A DNA stretch of 55,272 nucleotides, from contig CALSSJ010000038.1 of NCBI GenBank assembly GCA_943788985.1, positions 1 to 55,272 of the forward strand, read 5' to 3'. The stretch is from an uncultured Lentisphaerales bacterium (GTDB taxonomy: Bacteria > Verrucomicrobiota > Lentisphaeria > JABSQK01 > UBA12247). The notes beneath the pieces are model-generated. The model saw only the letters and a program-made list of their open reading frames with translations. It ran no database searches and had not been told where the DNA came from. The position numbers were made by a program, and so were the translations under genes. Below are positions 9,387 to 20,567 of this stretch, one piece after another; positions within the stretch are counted from its first letter, which is position 1; every line of letters starts with the position of its first letter.

Positions 9387-11354
9387 ATGAAACACACAAA
9401 CATCATCCTGCTTAGTGCGCTACTTTTGCCCCTGCTGTGGGCCAACGCAGAAGGGAGACCAGTATCTGCTGGGAAACCCAACATGATCCTATTTCTGGTT
9501 GATGATATGGGGCTGATGGATACATCGGTCTCGTTTGTCACCGATGCCGAGGAGACGCCGGTCAGGCATCCCCTGAACGATTTCTGCCGCACACCGAACA
9601 TGGAGAAGCTGGCAGCGGCGGGAACCCGGTTCACCAGTTTCTACGCTCATTCGGTCTGCTCGCCCGCGCGGGCGTCGATCATGACGGGGCAGAACTCTGC
9701 CCGGCACCGGACAACCACCTGGATTCGGCCGCAGGGCAACAACAGTGGCGCATTCGGTCCAGCTGACTGGTGCTGGACTGGGCTGAACAAGGATAGCGTG
9801 ACGCTGCCGCGGTTGCTGAAGAACGCCGGGTATCGCACGATTCATGTCGGCAAAGCACACTTTGGCCCGAATGAGCACCAAGGGGCAGATCCGCTGAACC
9901 TTGGGTTCGATGTGAATGTCGGCGGCTTCTCAGCAGGCCAGCCCGGCAGTTACTACGCAGAGAAGAACTACGCGCGCGAAGGTACAACCGGCCAAGTGCC
10001 GCACCTGGAGAAGTATCACGGATCCGATGTCTTTCTGACCGAAGCACTGACGCTGGAGGCCAATCGGCACATCGAAGAATCGGTGCAGGAGAGGAAGCCG
10101 TTCTTCCTCCATATGTCGCACTACGCGGTGCATGCGCCGTTCGAATCGGATCCGCGCTTTGCCGAGAACTACGCACAGTCAGGGGAGAAAAAGCACGCGG
10201 CAGCCTACGCGACATTGATTGAGGGGATGGACAAGTCGTTGGGAGATCTGGTGGAGAAGCTGAACGCACTGGGTGTGGCCGATAACACGCTGATCATGTT
10301 CTTGGGCGATAACGGCTCAGACGCACCGCTAGGCCCTGTCCATGGCTACGCGAGCTCGGCACCTTTTCGTGGCAAGAAAGGCACTCACTTTGAGGGCGGC
10401 ATGCGGGTGCCCTTTATCGCGGCCTGGGCCAAGGTAAACAAGACGAATGCGTGGCAAGACAAACTCTCGATTCCTGCAGGTACGATCCAGCCTCAGATCG
10501 GAACCATCTTGGATATCCTGCCGACACTCTGTAACCTGGCCGGCGTCACGGTGCCCGACGAGATGCCGATTGATGGCTATGACCTCACGCAGCAGCTGGC
10601 GGGCAAGCGGCACGAGACCCGGAGGGAAGACTTTCTGAATCACTTTCCGCACGAACACCGCAGCAGCTACTACACAAGCTATGTCAATGCCGGCTGGAAA
10701 CTCATCTATCACTACCCGGTGCCGGACAAGGGCAGGAGGAGGCAGAATCCGCTCCCCAAGACCTACGAGCTGTTCAACCTCAAGGATGACCCGTTCGAGA
10801 AGAATGACCTGGCGGATAGCCATCCGGAGAAGGTGCAGACGATGTTGACCGCTCTGCGGAAAGACCTTGCGGCCAAGAATGCGCTGTACCCTGCAATGGG
10901 CACGCAGGAGTTGCTGCCAGGCGAGGCGCCCGAACCGCCCGCAGCACAGGCGCCTGCAGCAAGCAGCGCAACGCTGCCTCCATTCGTGAAGGCGGTCAGG
11001 GCATCAAGCCATGAGCTGGGAAATTTGCCGGTTCATGCCGTTGACGCCGACAAGACATCTCGTTGGGCAGCACGTGACGGCTCGTTTCCGCAATTCTTGG
11101 AAATTGAACTGCAGGCGGCTCAGCAGGCAAAGGGCGTCACCGTCAGCTTCCGCAATAAGACCATGATTCGCTATACCATAGATGGTTTTGGACCGGATGG
11201 GACATGGATAACTCTCGTTGACCAGAGCGAAAACAAGGAGAAAGTCCAGACGGTAACACACAGCTTCGACGCCGAGCTTACAAAGCTCGAAGTGACCGTA
11301 CTCGAGGCCCAGACAGGCTGGGCAACGATCACGGACCTTCAGATAGGGAAGTGA
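9387..11354 (+). CDS. S1 sulfatase with C-terminal F5/8-type (discoidin/CBM32-like) domain
   Basis: Signal peptide, PNMILFLVDDMG, CSPAR formylglycine motif, GKAH, DNG and EGGMRVP; Pro/Ala linker followed by AVDADKTSRW...PQFLEIEL. Confidence 0.92.
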   Translation: MKHTNIILLSALLLPLLWANAEGRPVSAGKPNMILFLVDDMGLMDTSVSFVTDAEETPVRHPLNDFCRTPNMEKLAAAGTRFTSFYAHSVCSPARASIMTGQNSARHRTTTWIRPQGNNSGAFGPADWCWTGLNKDSVTLPRLLKNAGYRTIHVGKAHFGPNEHQGADPLNLGFDVNVGGFSAGQPGSYYAEKNYAREGTTGQVPHLEKYHGSDVFLTEALTLEANRHIEESVQERKPFFLHMSHYAVHAPFESDPRFAENYAQSGEKKHAAAYATLIEGMDKSLGDLVEKLNALGVADNTLIMFLGDNGSDAPLGPVHGYASSAPFRGKKGTHFEGGMRVPFIAAWAKVNKTNAWQDKLSIPAGTIQPQIGTILDILPTLCNLAGVTVPDEMPIDGYDLTQQLAGKRHETRREDFLNHFPHEHRSSYYTSYVNAGWKLIYHYPVPDKGRRRQNPLPKTYELFNLKDDPFEKNDLADSHPEKVQTMLTALRKDLAAKNALYPAMGTQELLPGEAPEPPAAQAPAASSATLPPFVKAVRASSHELGNLPVHAVDADKTSRWAARDGSFPQFLEIELQAAQQAKGVTVSFRNKTMIRYTIDGFGPDGTWITLVDQSENKEKVQTVTHSFDAELTKLEVTVLEAQTGWATITDLQIGK

Positions 11355-11413
11355 ATCAGGGGCGCAAGTCAGCTCTGTAAGTGCGCCACATAAGCTGACG
11401 GGTGCCCGCCGGG

Positions 11414-12085
11414 TCAGTAGTCAAGCTCGATGGCCCCTTCGACAAAGCCGAATGCGCCCACCAGTGTGCTGTAGGAGCCTGATTCTACGTGGCCATCGGC
11501 ACAGAGGACGTTGCTGAGGCCATTGTGTCGAACATGTACCTTGCTTAACGCAGGAGCCGTGATCACTCGAACCATGTAGATTTGCCTCTGCGTGACGGTG
11601 TAAACGCCGTCCACGGCAATATCCTGGCCGGATGGGTCGTCGATTGCACTCGGCCGCCATCCGGGCCATCCCCCCTGCAGGAGTTTCTGCCAGCCAGCAA
11701 TTGTCTGGTTGTCATACGCCGTCATGCTGTACACACTGGTGTTTGAATTCCAAGCCACGGGTTCCCAGGACGGGCAGACCATGACGTTCGGGCGGTCGTC
11801 GACCGGGGGCGGCAAGTATCCGTTGAGGTGCAGGTATTGGGGCCAGAATGGGCCCGTGTATGTTCCGCCGGTGGGCTGGCAGATGCGCGGGTAGTAGCCT
11901 TCTTGATCGTCGCCATACATCGCACAGGCCTGCCCAACCTGCTTCATATTCCCCAGGCAGGCGCTCTGCCGGGCTTTGCTCCTCGACAGGGTCAACGCTG
12001 GCAGTAGCAGGCTGGCGAGGATGGCGATAATCGCAATGACGACAAGCAATTCAATGAGGGTAAATTTACGGGAATACGTAGCCAT
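11414..12085 (-). CDS. Prepilin-type N-terminal cleavage/methylation protein with H-X9-DG motif (DUF1559-like)
   Basis: [25 protein letters not shown]...CLGNMKQVG...[16 protein letters not shown]. Confidence 0.9.
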   Translation of the reverse strand: MATYSRKFTLIELLVVIAIIAILASLLLPALTLSRSKARQSACLGNMKQVGQACAMYGDDQEGYYPRICQPTGGTYTGPFWPQYLHLNGYLPPPVDDRPNVMVCPSWEPVAWNSNTSVYSMTAYDNQTIAGWQKLLQGGWPGWRPSAIDDPSGQDIAVDGVYTVTQRQIYMVRVITAPALSKVHVRHNGLSNVLCADGHVESGSYSTLVGAFGFVEGAIELDY

Positions 12086-12116
12086 TACAGGTGGCTCCTG
12101 AAGTCTTTTGGGAAAC

Positions 12117-12500
12117 CTACAGTCGTTTGGCAAGGCTGCCACCCTGGTAGATGGCCACGTTTACCGTAGCCGGTGCCTGCTGTTGGTTGCAGGCGCGGAT
12201 GAATGGCACTAGCGCTTCGCTGTTCAGTCTCGGCAAAGCGATGGCGGTATCGGGGGCCTTGTCTACCCAGAAGTCATCCATGACCAGCAGCGCATTTCCG
12301 GCGAGTCCTTGGCCCGGGCCGCTGCGCAGGGTCCCGGACTTGTCTGCCTCGGCGGGCGCGCTAGGCGTAATAACTGCCGCCGACCAGTATTCCTGCCAGA
12401 GCGTACCAACCGCGTCGACGTCGCTGGTCACCTACGCTCTGGACCAGCGGAGTGCGTTGGTTGTATGGCAGGCCAGGTCAATCATGGTGTTTTTCTCGGA
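12117..12500 (-). pseudogene. Degraded fragment of an unidentified protein
   Basis: Protein-like stretch (LLVMDDFWVDK...[11 protein letters not shown]) with no clear start. Confidence 0.3.
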
Positions 12501-12504
12501 ACGG

Positions 12505-12565
12505 TGTTGACCGAGTTGACGTGATTAACGGCATGTCACCGTCAATAGGGTCAATTCCGTCATAA
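12505..12565 (-). promoter_or_regulatory. 9-bp-periodic TGAC/GTCA motif, copy 1
   Basis: Minus strand TGACGGAATTGACCCTATTGAC...GTCAACTCGGTCAA; left block is 20/22 identical to the copy at 29067-29121. Confidence 0.45.
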
Positions 12566-12589
12566 CGTCGCATATCCTACTCGGGACCA

Positions 12590-13087
12590 TCAGGGCCTCC
12601 GTCGCATGTGCTTAATGCGGTGCGTTTTCGGGTAATCGTCGCCACCTTTGGCCGCCGTCATCAGGTTCTGGCAGCGGCCACGGAAGTGCGCTAGCAACTC
12701 GCGATGAGTTGCGGAGTCCGCAGGATTACAGGTCTCTTGCGGTTCATACAATTTTTCGCAGATCGGCTGCTCGCCCTCGATCGACGCGGTCTGACTCTCG
12801 GGGTTTTCCGCGACGGAGGCCAGCTTCTGTCGACCACGGTGTTCGAAGTACAAGGGCGTTGGACGCTCGGTCATCTGCTCGCGGATCATTGGCATGAGAC
12901 TGATCCCGTCATAGGGCCTGTTTGGCAGGGGGAGGTCCACGGCATCCAGCAAGGTCGGGAAGAAGTCGCTTGTGCTGCAGGACATCACCACTACCCGGGG
13001 CTGTTTGACCATCCGTGACCAGATCAGCAAACTGGGCACGCGTACGCTTCCCTCATGTACGCAGCGCTTGCCACCAACACGCCGCAC
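12590..13087 (-). pseudogene. C-terminal sulfatase remnant
   Basis: GGKRCVHEGSVRVPSLLIW, DFFPTLLD and DGISLMP motifs; catalytic N-terminus absent. Confidence 0.7.
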
Positions 13088-13594
13088 AGTTGAGCGTTGC
13101 CGCTCGCAGACTCCCCGCCGTGAGGAGCCGAATCGCGTTCGTCATCCTACGGACTGCATGTTCACCTCCTGTTGCTCGCCACCCCGCCTCGCGGCGACGC
13201 AGTCACGTTCAGGTACGGGATGAAAGCTCACATCCCGATAAGGACTGCCACCTTGCTGAATTTGATGCGCTCACAGGCACACGAGCGCGGGCGCCCCGCC
13301 CGGTGTATGCTGCGGCAATGGACTGAAAGGTCCGCGTGAGTGGCACAAAGGTAGGGTAAACCGGCCAACCCCACCCTACCCATTCGGCTCATGCCCCCCG
13401 ATAGCCGACAACTGACAACCAAAATCGCATTGCGAAATTACTGGCAGACAACAGGAAATGAACTATAGTAATTATACCAACAATCGTTTTTTTCATTAAA
13501 AAAGATGCGTCAGGCGTCTGTGGCGCCACCGGCTCCATGCAGACTGCTAGCACGCGACAACTACCCAATTGCCCTTTTCAAAAGAGATACCCAC

Positions 13595-15886
13595 ATGAAC
13601 TACTTGATGCGAACCCTCGCCCTGCTTCTAGCCACAACAACATTTGCGGTAGATTACACGTGGACCGGTGCCGTTGATGGCAGCTGGACCAATGCGGCCA
13701 ACTGGGACGGCAATGGCGTGCCAGTGGACAATCAGGCTGGCACTGGAAATGCGGAAGGACTCACCATGATCTACACAGACACGGTGAATTTCAGCGGAAC
13801 GACGATGCCAACATCGAATGCCCCCGATATTGGCGGGAATTTTAACGGAAACCGCGACACACCGACGATGCTTTTTAACAGTGGTGGCTCGATTTCCTTT
13901 GCTGTCGTTGGCAGCGGGGACGGTTTCTGGACCAACACCGGCAATCAGACCCGCAATATCCTCACGGTGGGTGATGGAATTGGCGGTGGCACCGAGGATG
14001 TTCAGGTGACGCTGACAAGCGGGAATGCGCGGCTTCATCGCCACGCCGACGGAACTCACATTTTCGAAGTCCGCTCGGATGGCACTTTGACGTTCGACTA
14101 CAATCTCGATTTTCGGTACAACGCCAACCGCCGAGGGGTTATCCGTGTGAACGGTGGAACTGTGGTCGTTAACGGCACAGTGTCAGACCTGTTCGCCAAC
14201 ACGGCGTACGTTGACTTTGCATCCGTAGCCGCTGGTGGCGCCGCCGCTGGCGGTGGCTCCTTTACCGCAGACTATGGCGGCTCATTTGCAGATATTGCAG
14301 CGGTCAATGCCGCCATTACAGCAGGGACAATCCTGATTGCTCGTACCGGTGGCTTGACTGCGACAGACAATGGTGGCTCCTTTACAGTGACCCATGCACC
14401 TCTTGAGTGGACTGGGGCAGCTGGTGACGGCGACTGGACTAACACAGTCAACTGGGTAGGTGGGGCCATTCCCGTTGATACAGTTGCGGGGACAGGCAAC
14501 AACGAAGGTCTCACCTTGCTCTACTCCGACTCCATCACGTTCAGTGGTACCAATATGCCCACCACAAACGTGCCAGATATGGGGGGCGTCTTCGCGAGCG
14601 TTGGTGATACGCCTTCGCTCGTGCTCAACAGCGGCGGGTCATTTGCATTTGATGTGGTCGGCCATGAGGACGCCTTGTGGACCAATACCACTGGTATCAC
14701 GCGGAATATCCTCACTGTGGGTGATGGCATAGGCGGGGGAACCGAGGATGTGGCTGTAAACATCCCCAACATGGGAAGCCAACTTATGCGGCATAGCAAT
14801 GGCACGCACATTTTCGAGGTCAACTCCGATGGCACCTTGACCCTCAACGACAATATCGATTTCCGGTTCAACGCGAGTCGTACCGCAATCTTCCAAATAA
14901 ACGGTGGAACTGTCACGGTCAACGGTACTATTTCGGATCTAAATGCTGGCACTGCCTACGTCGAGTTGGGTGCCGAGGGCGGAACCTTCACGGCGGACTT
15001 TGGTGGTTCCTTTGCGAACATTAGTACCGTACTTTCAGGCCTCGGCACTTTGTTTACCAGAACCTCCGGTGACCTGACCGCAGTGGACAACGGTGATGGC
15101 TCGTTCACGGTGCGGCCCTTCTATGAATGGACGGGAACAGCTGGCGATGGGAACTGGAATAACACAAGCAACTGGTTTGGCGGCTTGATCCCTGTAGACA
15201 ACGCGCCCGGTACTGGCAATAAAACTGGTCTGAGTTTGCGATATAATGACGTGATTACTTTTTCGGGGACAAATCTCCCATCGGTAAACGTCCCGGGCCT
15301 CGGCGGAGATGCAACCACAAATGAGGATACCCCCACCCTGGTGATCAACAGTGGTGGCACGATCAATTGGGCGCTCGTCGGTCGCGAGACCGAAATCTGG
15401 TCAAATACCGGCAACACCCGCACAGTCTTTACGGTTGGTGACGGCGTTGAAGGTGGTACCGAAGATGTCGTCCTAAACCTGACGCATCTTCGCGACCTCA
15501 TGCGCCATGCCAACACCCACAATAACTACGCTGTCAATTCGGATGGCACCTTAAACATTACCTCCACCTCCGGCACGCTTAGTTTCTCTTACAACAACTT
15601 AGCCAGCCGAACGAGTTCATTCACGATCAATGGTGGAACGGTCGTCGCCAACTCCCAGGTCCAGTATCTCATCAACCATGCGGCCAACTTCGTCGAGTTC
15701 ACCGACGTGGGCGGTTCCTTTACAGCAACCTATGGTGCAGACTTTGCGGACATCGCAGCCGTGACTGCCAGCTTGGGCTTGAACTTCCTGAACAACGCAG
15801 GCACCGGCGTGTTGAAAGCCGTCGACAATGGCGGATCCTTCACCGTTAGCCTCCGTGATCCAGGCACCGTCGTCTTGGTTCGCTGA
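13595..15886 (+). CDS. Secreted Gly/Thr/Asn-rich beta-strand protein made of three ~250-aa repeats
   Basis: Signal peptide; each repeat starts WTGxxxDGxWxNxxNW, contains TVGDGxxGGTEDV and ends DNG(D)GSFTV; C-terminus is PGTVVLVR. Confidence 0.85.
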   Translation: MNYLMRTLALLLATTTFAVDYTWTGAVDGSWTNAANWDGNGVPVDNQAGTGNAEGLTMIYTDTVNFSGTTMPTSNAPDIGGNFNGNRDTPTMLFNSGGSISFAVVGSGDGFWTNTGNQTRNILTVGDGIGGGTEDVQVTLTSGNARLHRHADGTHIFEVRSDGTLTFDYNLDFRYNANRRGVIRVNGGTVVVNGTVSDLFANTAYVDFASVAAGGAAAGGGSFTADYGGSFADIAAVNAAITAGTILIARTGGLTATDNGGSFTVTHAPLEWTGAAGDGDWTNTVNWVGGAIPVDTVAGTGNNEGLTLLYSDSITFSGTNMPTTNVPDMGGVFASVGDTPSLVLNSGGSFAFDVVGHEDALWTNTTGITRNILTVGDGIGGGTEDVAVNIPNMGSQLMRHSNGTHIFEVNSDGTLTLNDNIDFRFNASRTAIFQINGGTVTVNGTISDLNAGTAYVELGAEGGTFTADFGGSFANISTVLSGLGTLFTRTSGDLTAVDNGDGSFTVRPFYEWTGTAGDGNWNNTSNWFGGLIPVDNAPGTGNKTGLSLRYNDVITFSGTNLPSVNVPGLGGDATTNEDTPTLVINSGGTINWALVGRETEIWSNTGNTRTVFTVGDGVEGGTEDVVLNLTHLRDLMRHANTHNNYAVNSDGTLNITSTSGTLSFSYNNLASRTSSFTINGGTVVANSQVQYLINHAANFVEFTDVGGSFTATYGADFADIAAVTASLGLNFLNNAGTGVLKAVDNGGSFTVSLRDPGTVVLVR

Positions 15887-16163
15887 AGCGGCATCTCGAC
15901 ACTCACGACAACTGGACCTGGTGCGCTGATCGTGGACGAAAGCCATTTGCACGCGGAGGTCTGCTACTAAGAGGGCCAACTCCTGTCAGAATTCTGTTGC
16001 GGACGCCGGTCCTGTGGAGCAAACTCTTGCTCACCGATTGTCATAACGTGACCGTCTGCGCGTCAGCTAATGTTGATGTGCCGCGAATGGCGATGCGGCA
16101 ACGTGACGACACTGAATACCTTTGCCCTGCCTCGGAAGCTGTAGGATAAGGCCAGCACATCGT

Positions 16164-19100
16164 ATGAATCCTCGAACTATCCTCCTCTTGAGCGCATGCG
16201 CTCTTCTCTCAGTCTGCGCAATCGGCGCTACCCGCCCCAATATCATCCTAGTGATGACTGACGACCAAGGCTACGGGGAGGTTGGCTTTCACGGGAACAA
16301 GGTGTTGAAGACACCGAACCTCGATCGATTTGCGGCCGAGAGCACGGAACTGGCGCAGTTCTACGTCTCGCCGATGTGTACGCCGACACGCTCTTCGCTG
16401 ATGACCGGACGCTACCACTTCCGGACTGGTGCGCATGATACCTACATCGGCCGCTCAAACATGAATCCGCAGGAAACGACCATTGCCGAGGTGTTTGCCA
16501 GCGCCGGGTACCGGACAGGAATCTTCGGCAAGTGGCATCTTGGTGAGAACTATCCGATGCGGGCTCAGGATCAGGGGTTTCAGCAGGTGGTGGTGCACGG
16601 CGGCGGCGGAATCGGCCAGTTTGCCGACTATCCAAAAAATAGCTATTGGAACCCAACGCTGCTGTTCAACGATGTCTTTAAGAAGACTGAAGGCTTTTGC
16701 ACCGACATCTTTATCGAGGAATCCATCCAGTTCATGTCCGAATGCAAAGGCGCACCGTTCTTCTGTTACATCCCGCTGAACATCCCGCACTCGCCCTTCA
16801 ATGTAGACAAAGAGTACCTCGAGTTCTACGAAAAGCAGGGCGTCAACGATCCAGGACGGCGGCAGTGGACAGTCCCCATTTACGGGATGATTACGCAGTT
16901 TGATGATGCCTTTCAGCGGCTACTCGATAGCGTCGATGCGCTGGGCATCACGGATAATACGATCATCATTTTCATGACCGACAACGGCCCCAACTCCACC
17001 TATTTCACGGCTGGCCTGCGGGCCAGAAAGGGTAGCATCTACGAGAATGGCTTCCGCGTTCCGTTCGTGATTCGCTGGCCCAGGGCCATCAAGGGGGGAC
17101 GCAAACTGACGGACCCGACGATGCACATTGACCTGCTGCCGACGTTGGCCGATGCTTGTGGCGTGGACTTGCCCGAGCGCCTGAAGATCGATGGCCAAAG
17201 CATCCTGCCGCTCTTACGCGGAGAATTAAATGCGCTGCCAGAACGCCACCTGTTCATGCAGCACAACCGCGCAAACGTTCCACCCAAGTTCCAAAACGGC
17301 ATGGCACGCAAGGGGCCCTGGAAGGTGGTGATGAATGGCAAACCAGCTGCTTTCGAGCTATACAATATCGAGCTGGATCCCAGTGAAACGAAGAACGTGG
17401 CGGCTCAGCATCCAAACCGAGTGCAGGCATTGGCCAGCGCCTATGAGACATGGTTCGACGACGTAACTGCTGACCTGCAGCGCAACGAAGGCATGCCGCA
17501 CCCGACCGAGCTCAATCCGATCCAGAAACAGGATTTTCGCTTCACCTGGCAGGATTGGTGGGGCGACAAGACTGGCTGGTCTGCCAAGAATTACGGGCGC
17601 TGGCGGATGAACAATCCCGGCTTGATCGAGCGCTTCGACGTCACAGTCTTTCCCGCAAAAGCAGCACATTGGAGATTCGGGAAAGATGAAGTTCACTTGG
17701 CAGGACCAAGTGATCGAGAAGACGTTTGACAGTATCCCGGAAGAGATTCTACTTGCGAATATCGCACTGGACGAAGGAACAGAGTTTATGGCAGCTCAGT
17801 TATTTCTGGACGAGAAGAGGTGGGGCGTGAAGGAAGTACAGATCAAGGCGCATGTGCCGTCAGACCGCTATGACGGCAGCTGGGAATCATTGCAGGCCAT
17901 GCCGGTGCCAGCGTGGTTCGATGATGGCAAGATCGGGATTTTCATTCACTGGGGGCCGTATAGCGTAATCGGCTATCGCAAGGGAGGCCGCGGCTATTCC
18001 GAGCATGTGCCAAAGTTGTTCTACGCCGATCCCACGCACTATTATCCATATATGAAGGAGCGTTGGGGCGCAACGCCGCCCGAATTTGGCTATAAGGATA
18101 TTATTCCCAAGTTCAAGGCCGAGAAGTGGGATCCGGAAGCTTGGGCGGAGCTGTTCGCCGAGGTCGGCGCCACCTATGTGGTGATGACCGCGGAGCATCA
18201 CGACGGCTGGGCAAACTGGGACTCGGAACTGACGCCCTGGAATGCCGTGGACAAGGGACCGAAGCGTGACCTGGTCGGTGATCTTGGCAAGGCCTTGAAG
18301 AAGCGAGGGCTCAAGTATGCGCCGTCTTATCATCGTGAACGCCATCAGAGCTTCTTCGGGAAGAATCTCTATGTCGTCAATGCCGAGCCGCGGGACCATA
18401 TCGCCGAAGAAATCCGCCGCGTGCCGGCAGCTGCATCGCTCTATGGTCCGTTTGGGACGACCAAGGAGTTTGTCGACGACTATGTGGCCCGCTGGCAAGA
18501 GATCCAGCGTAAGTACCAGCCGGACTTCCTGTGGATTGATGATATCCCGATCTGGACCCGAGATGGGAACAAGGTGCTGGCTGGCAAGGCCAAGCCTGAA
18601 GTCCAGTACTTCTACGATCAGTGCCGGGCAATGATTACGGATTTCATGAATGACGGCGCCACCCGTGGGGCAGACGTCTACGTCAATAACAAGGGCGGGA
18701 ATCGCAACTGGCCAGACGCTGTCGGCTGCCTGGAGAAGGACAATCTCAAGCTGAAGGTAATCGGCCCAAAATGGCAGAGTTGCACGACCTTCGGCACCTC
18801 CTTTGGCTATCTGGAGAACGACAGATATAAGACGATCGAGGGCGTGATTCACGAGATGATCGAGGTGATCAGCCGCAACGGCAATTTCCTGGTCAATATT
18901 GGTCCGAAGGCAGATGGAACCATTCCAGAGCCACAGGTCGAACGTCTCCAAGCAATGGGAGCTTGGCTGAAGGTTAATGCCGCTGCAATCTACGGCAAGC
19001 CGTTACTGGACGGTGTCCGAGCAGAAGGATGAACACCTGGCCTTCACCACCAATGCCAAGAAACTCTATGCAATTAAACTGGCCAAGCCGACTGGCCCCT

Positions 19101-19935
19101 TTGTAATCACCGCCACGGCGGGGTTGGGGCAAGGCTCAGGTCAAGTCCGTGCGTCTGCTTGGCTCCAGCGCCACCGTGCGTTGGACGATTTCGTCCCAAG
19201 GGCTGAAGATTGTGCCACCGGCCGATCTGGGCGAGAGTGCCTATGCCTGGGCATTTGAAATCCTCACTGATCGGAAACAACATACCCCGAATGTGATCGT
19301 GCACGATGCGAGCAAGGCACTTCAGGGCACGAAGAAGGTGGACCTCGATGGCAATGATCCGACCGTACCGGCGCATCCAGCAACTTCAAAGCCATTCGTG
19401 CAACCAGGGGCCAAGGTCTTCATCGAAAGGGCCGCGACAGCGAACGCCTTCCAAAAGCTGCTGGTTCCTGCCCCCACCGGGCAGACGGTTACCGCCAATC
19501 AGGCGACCAGCAATGACCCGCTCCAGTCACTCACAGATGGCAAGCTCAGGAAAGGCTTCGGAGCAATATTTGGCAACGGGATCCGCGACGGCAGCTACAA
19601 GATGGATCTTGGCTCGGCGAAGCCAGTTTCGGCGATCAGCAGTTGGTCGCATAACCAGGCCGGTCGCCGCAGTGTGCAGAAACTGACGATTTATGCCAGC
19701 GCTGCCGCCACGGATCCAGGCTGGGATCTAAGCACATTCACGGCGCTTGGCACCGTGGATACGAAAGCCAACGGTAAGAGCAAGGCCGCCTTTACTGCGG
19801 CCTCTCTGCGGGCAGTTCAGGGCGAGGCCCTGGGCAACTTCCCGCTGGATCATCTGGAGTGTCTCACCAATCAACAACTCGGGTGGCGGCGAAAATACGG
19901 CCTTCCAGGAATTCGCGGTCGACATTATCAAGTGA
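16164..19935 (+). CDS. Probable sulfatase-GH29 alpha-L-fucosidase fusion with C-terminal beta-sandwich; about four frameshifts
   Basis: Sulfatase (DDQG, CTPTR, GKWHLG) to ~17680; GH29 (WESL, WFDDGKIGIFIHWG, EHHDG, NGNFLVNIGP) from ~17860; overlapping frames join near 17680, 18995, 19125 and 19840. Confidence 0.72.
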
Positions 19936-20200
19936 AGAGAAAGCGCCGAGCTGGGAGCGCAGGTGCCTTGCCAGGAGACAAAATGCCCAGCAGCAAAATG
20001 TAACGTGATTTCCGCCCGGGCCCGAAGGAGAATAACCCTGCTGCCGCCAAAACAAAAAGCTGCAGCACGAATAGGAATCCCCAGGAATCAATAGATGACA
20101 CTTTGTAAATCACTCTGGTGGGGGCTGTGTGTGTGCGTGCAAGTGCCCTTCATGTGATGGAGGTGACAACTATCGCATTGAACCCCAGAACGCTCCAACC

Positions 20201-20258
20201 TTGGTTACAGCGCTATAACCAAAGCATCGAGGAGGCGTAGATCCGTGGTTATAGCGCT
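20201..20258. promoter_or_regulatory. Palindromic operator, LacI-family-like
   Basis: TTGGTTACAGCGCTATAACCAA is a near-perfect 22-bp palindrome centred on AGCGCT; partial second copy TGGTTATAGCGCT at 20246-20258. Confidence 0.55.
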
Positions 20259-20567
20259 TGCCTCTCCGGTTATACCGGTCTACACTATAGCTTTGAAGCG
20301 ATGCGCACGTTCGCTCAAGCCGAACACCGCGTAGAGAATCGACGACTGCAGGGGGGCGAAATGACGCCAATAAAACACCAGGCACAGGCTCTCCCCACCC
20401 AGCCATTGACACCGAGCAGAGCAGCGCCTAGAGGCTTGGCGCAGGCAGCGCTGCCTCCTTCGGACAAGGGCCGATCAATCGTAGGACGCAGGCGCCCTTC
20501 GGGCATGCCTGTGGCGTTCCCCTGCGTCAAAATCGGCCCACTCCATCCTGCACGCCGCACATCTATC

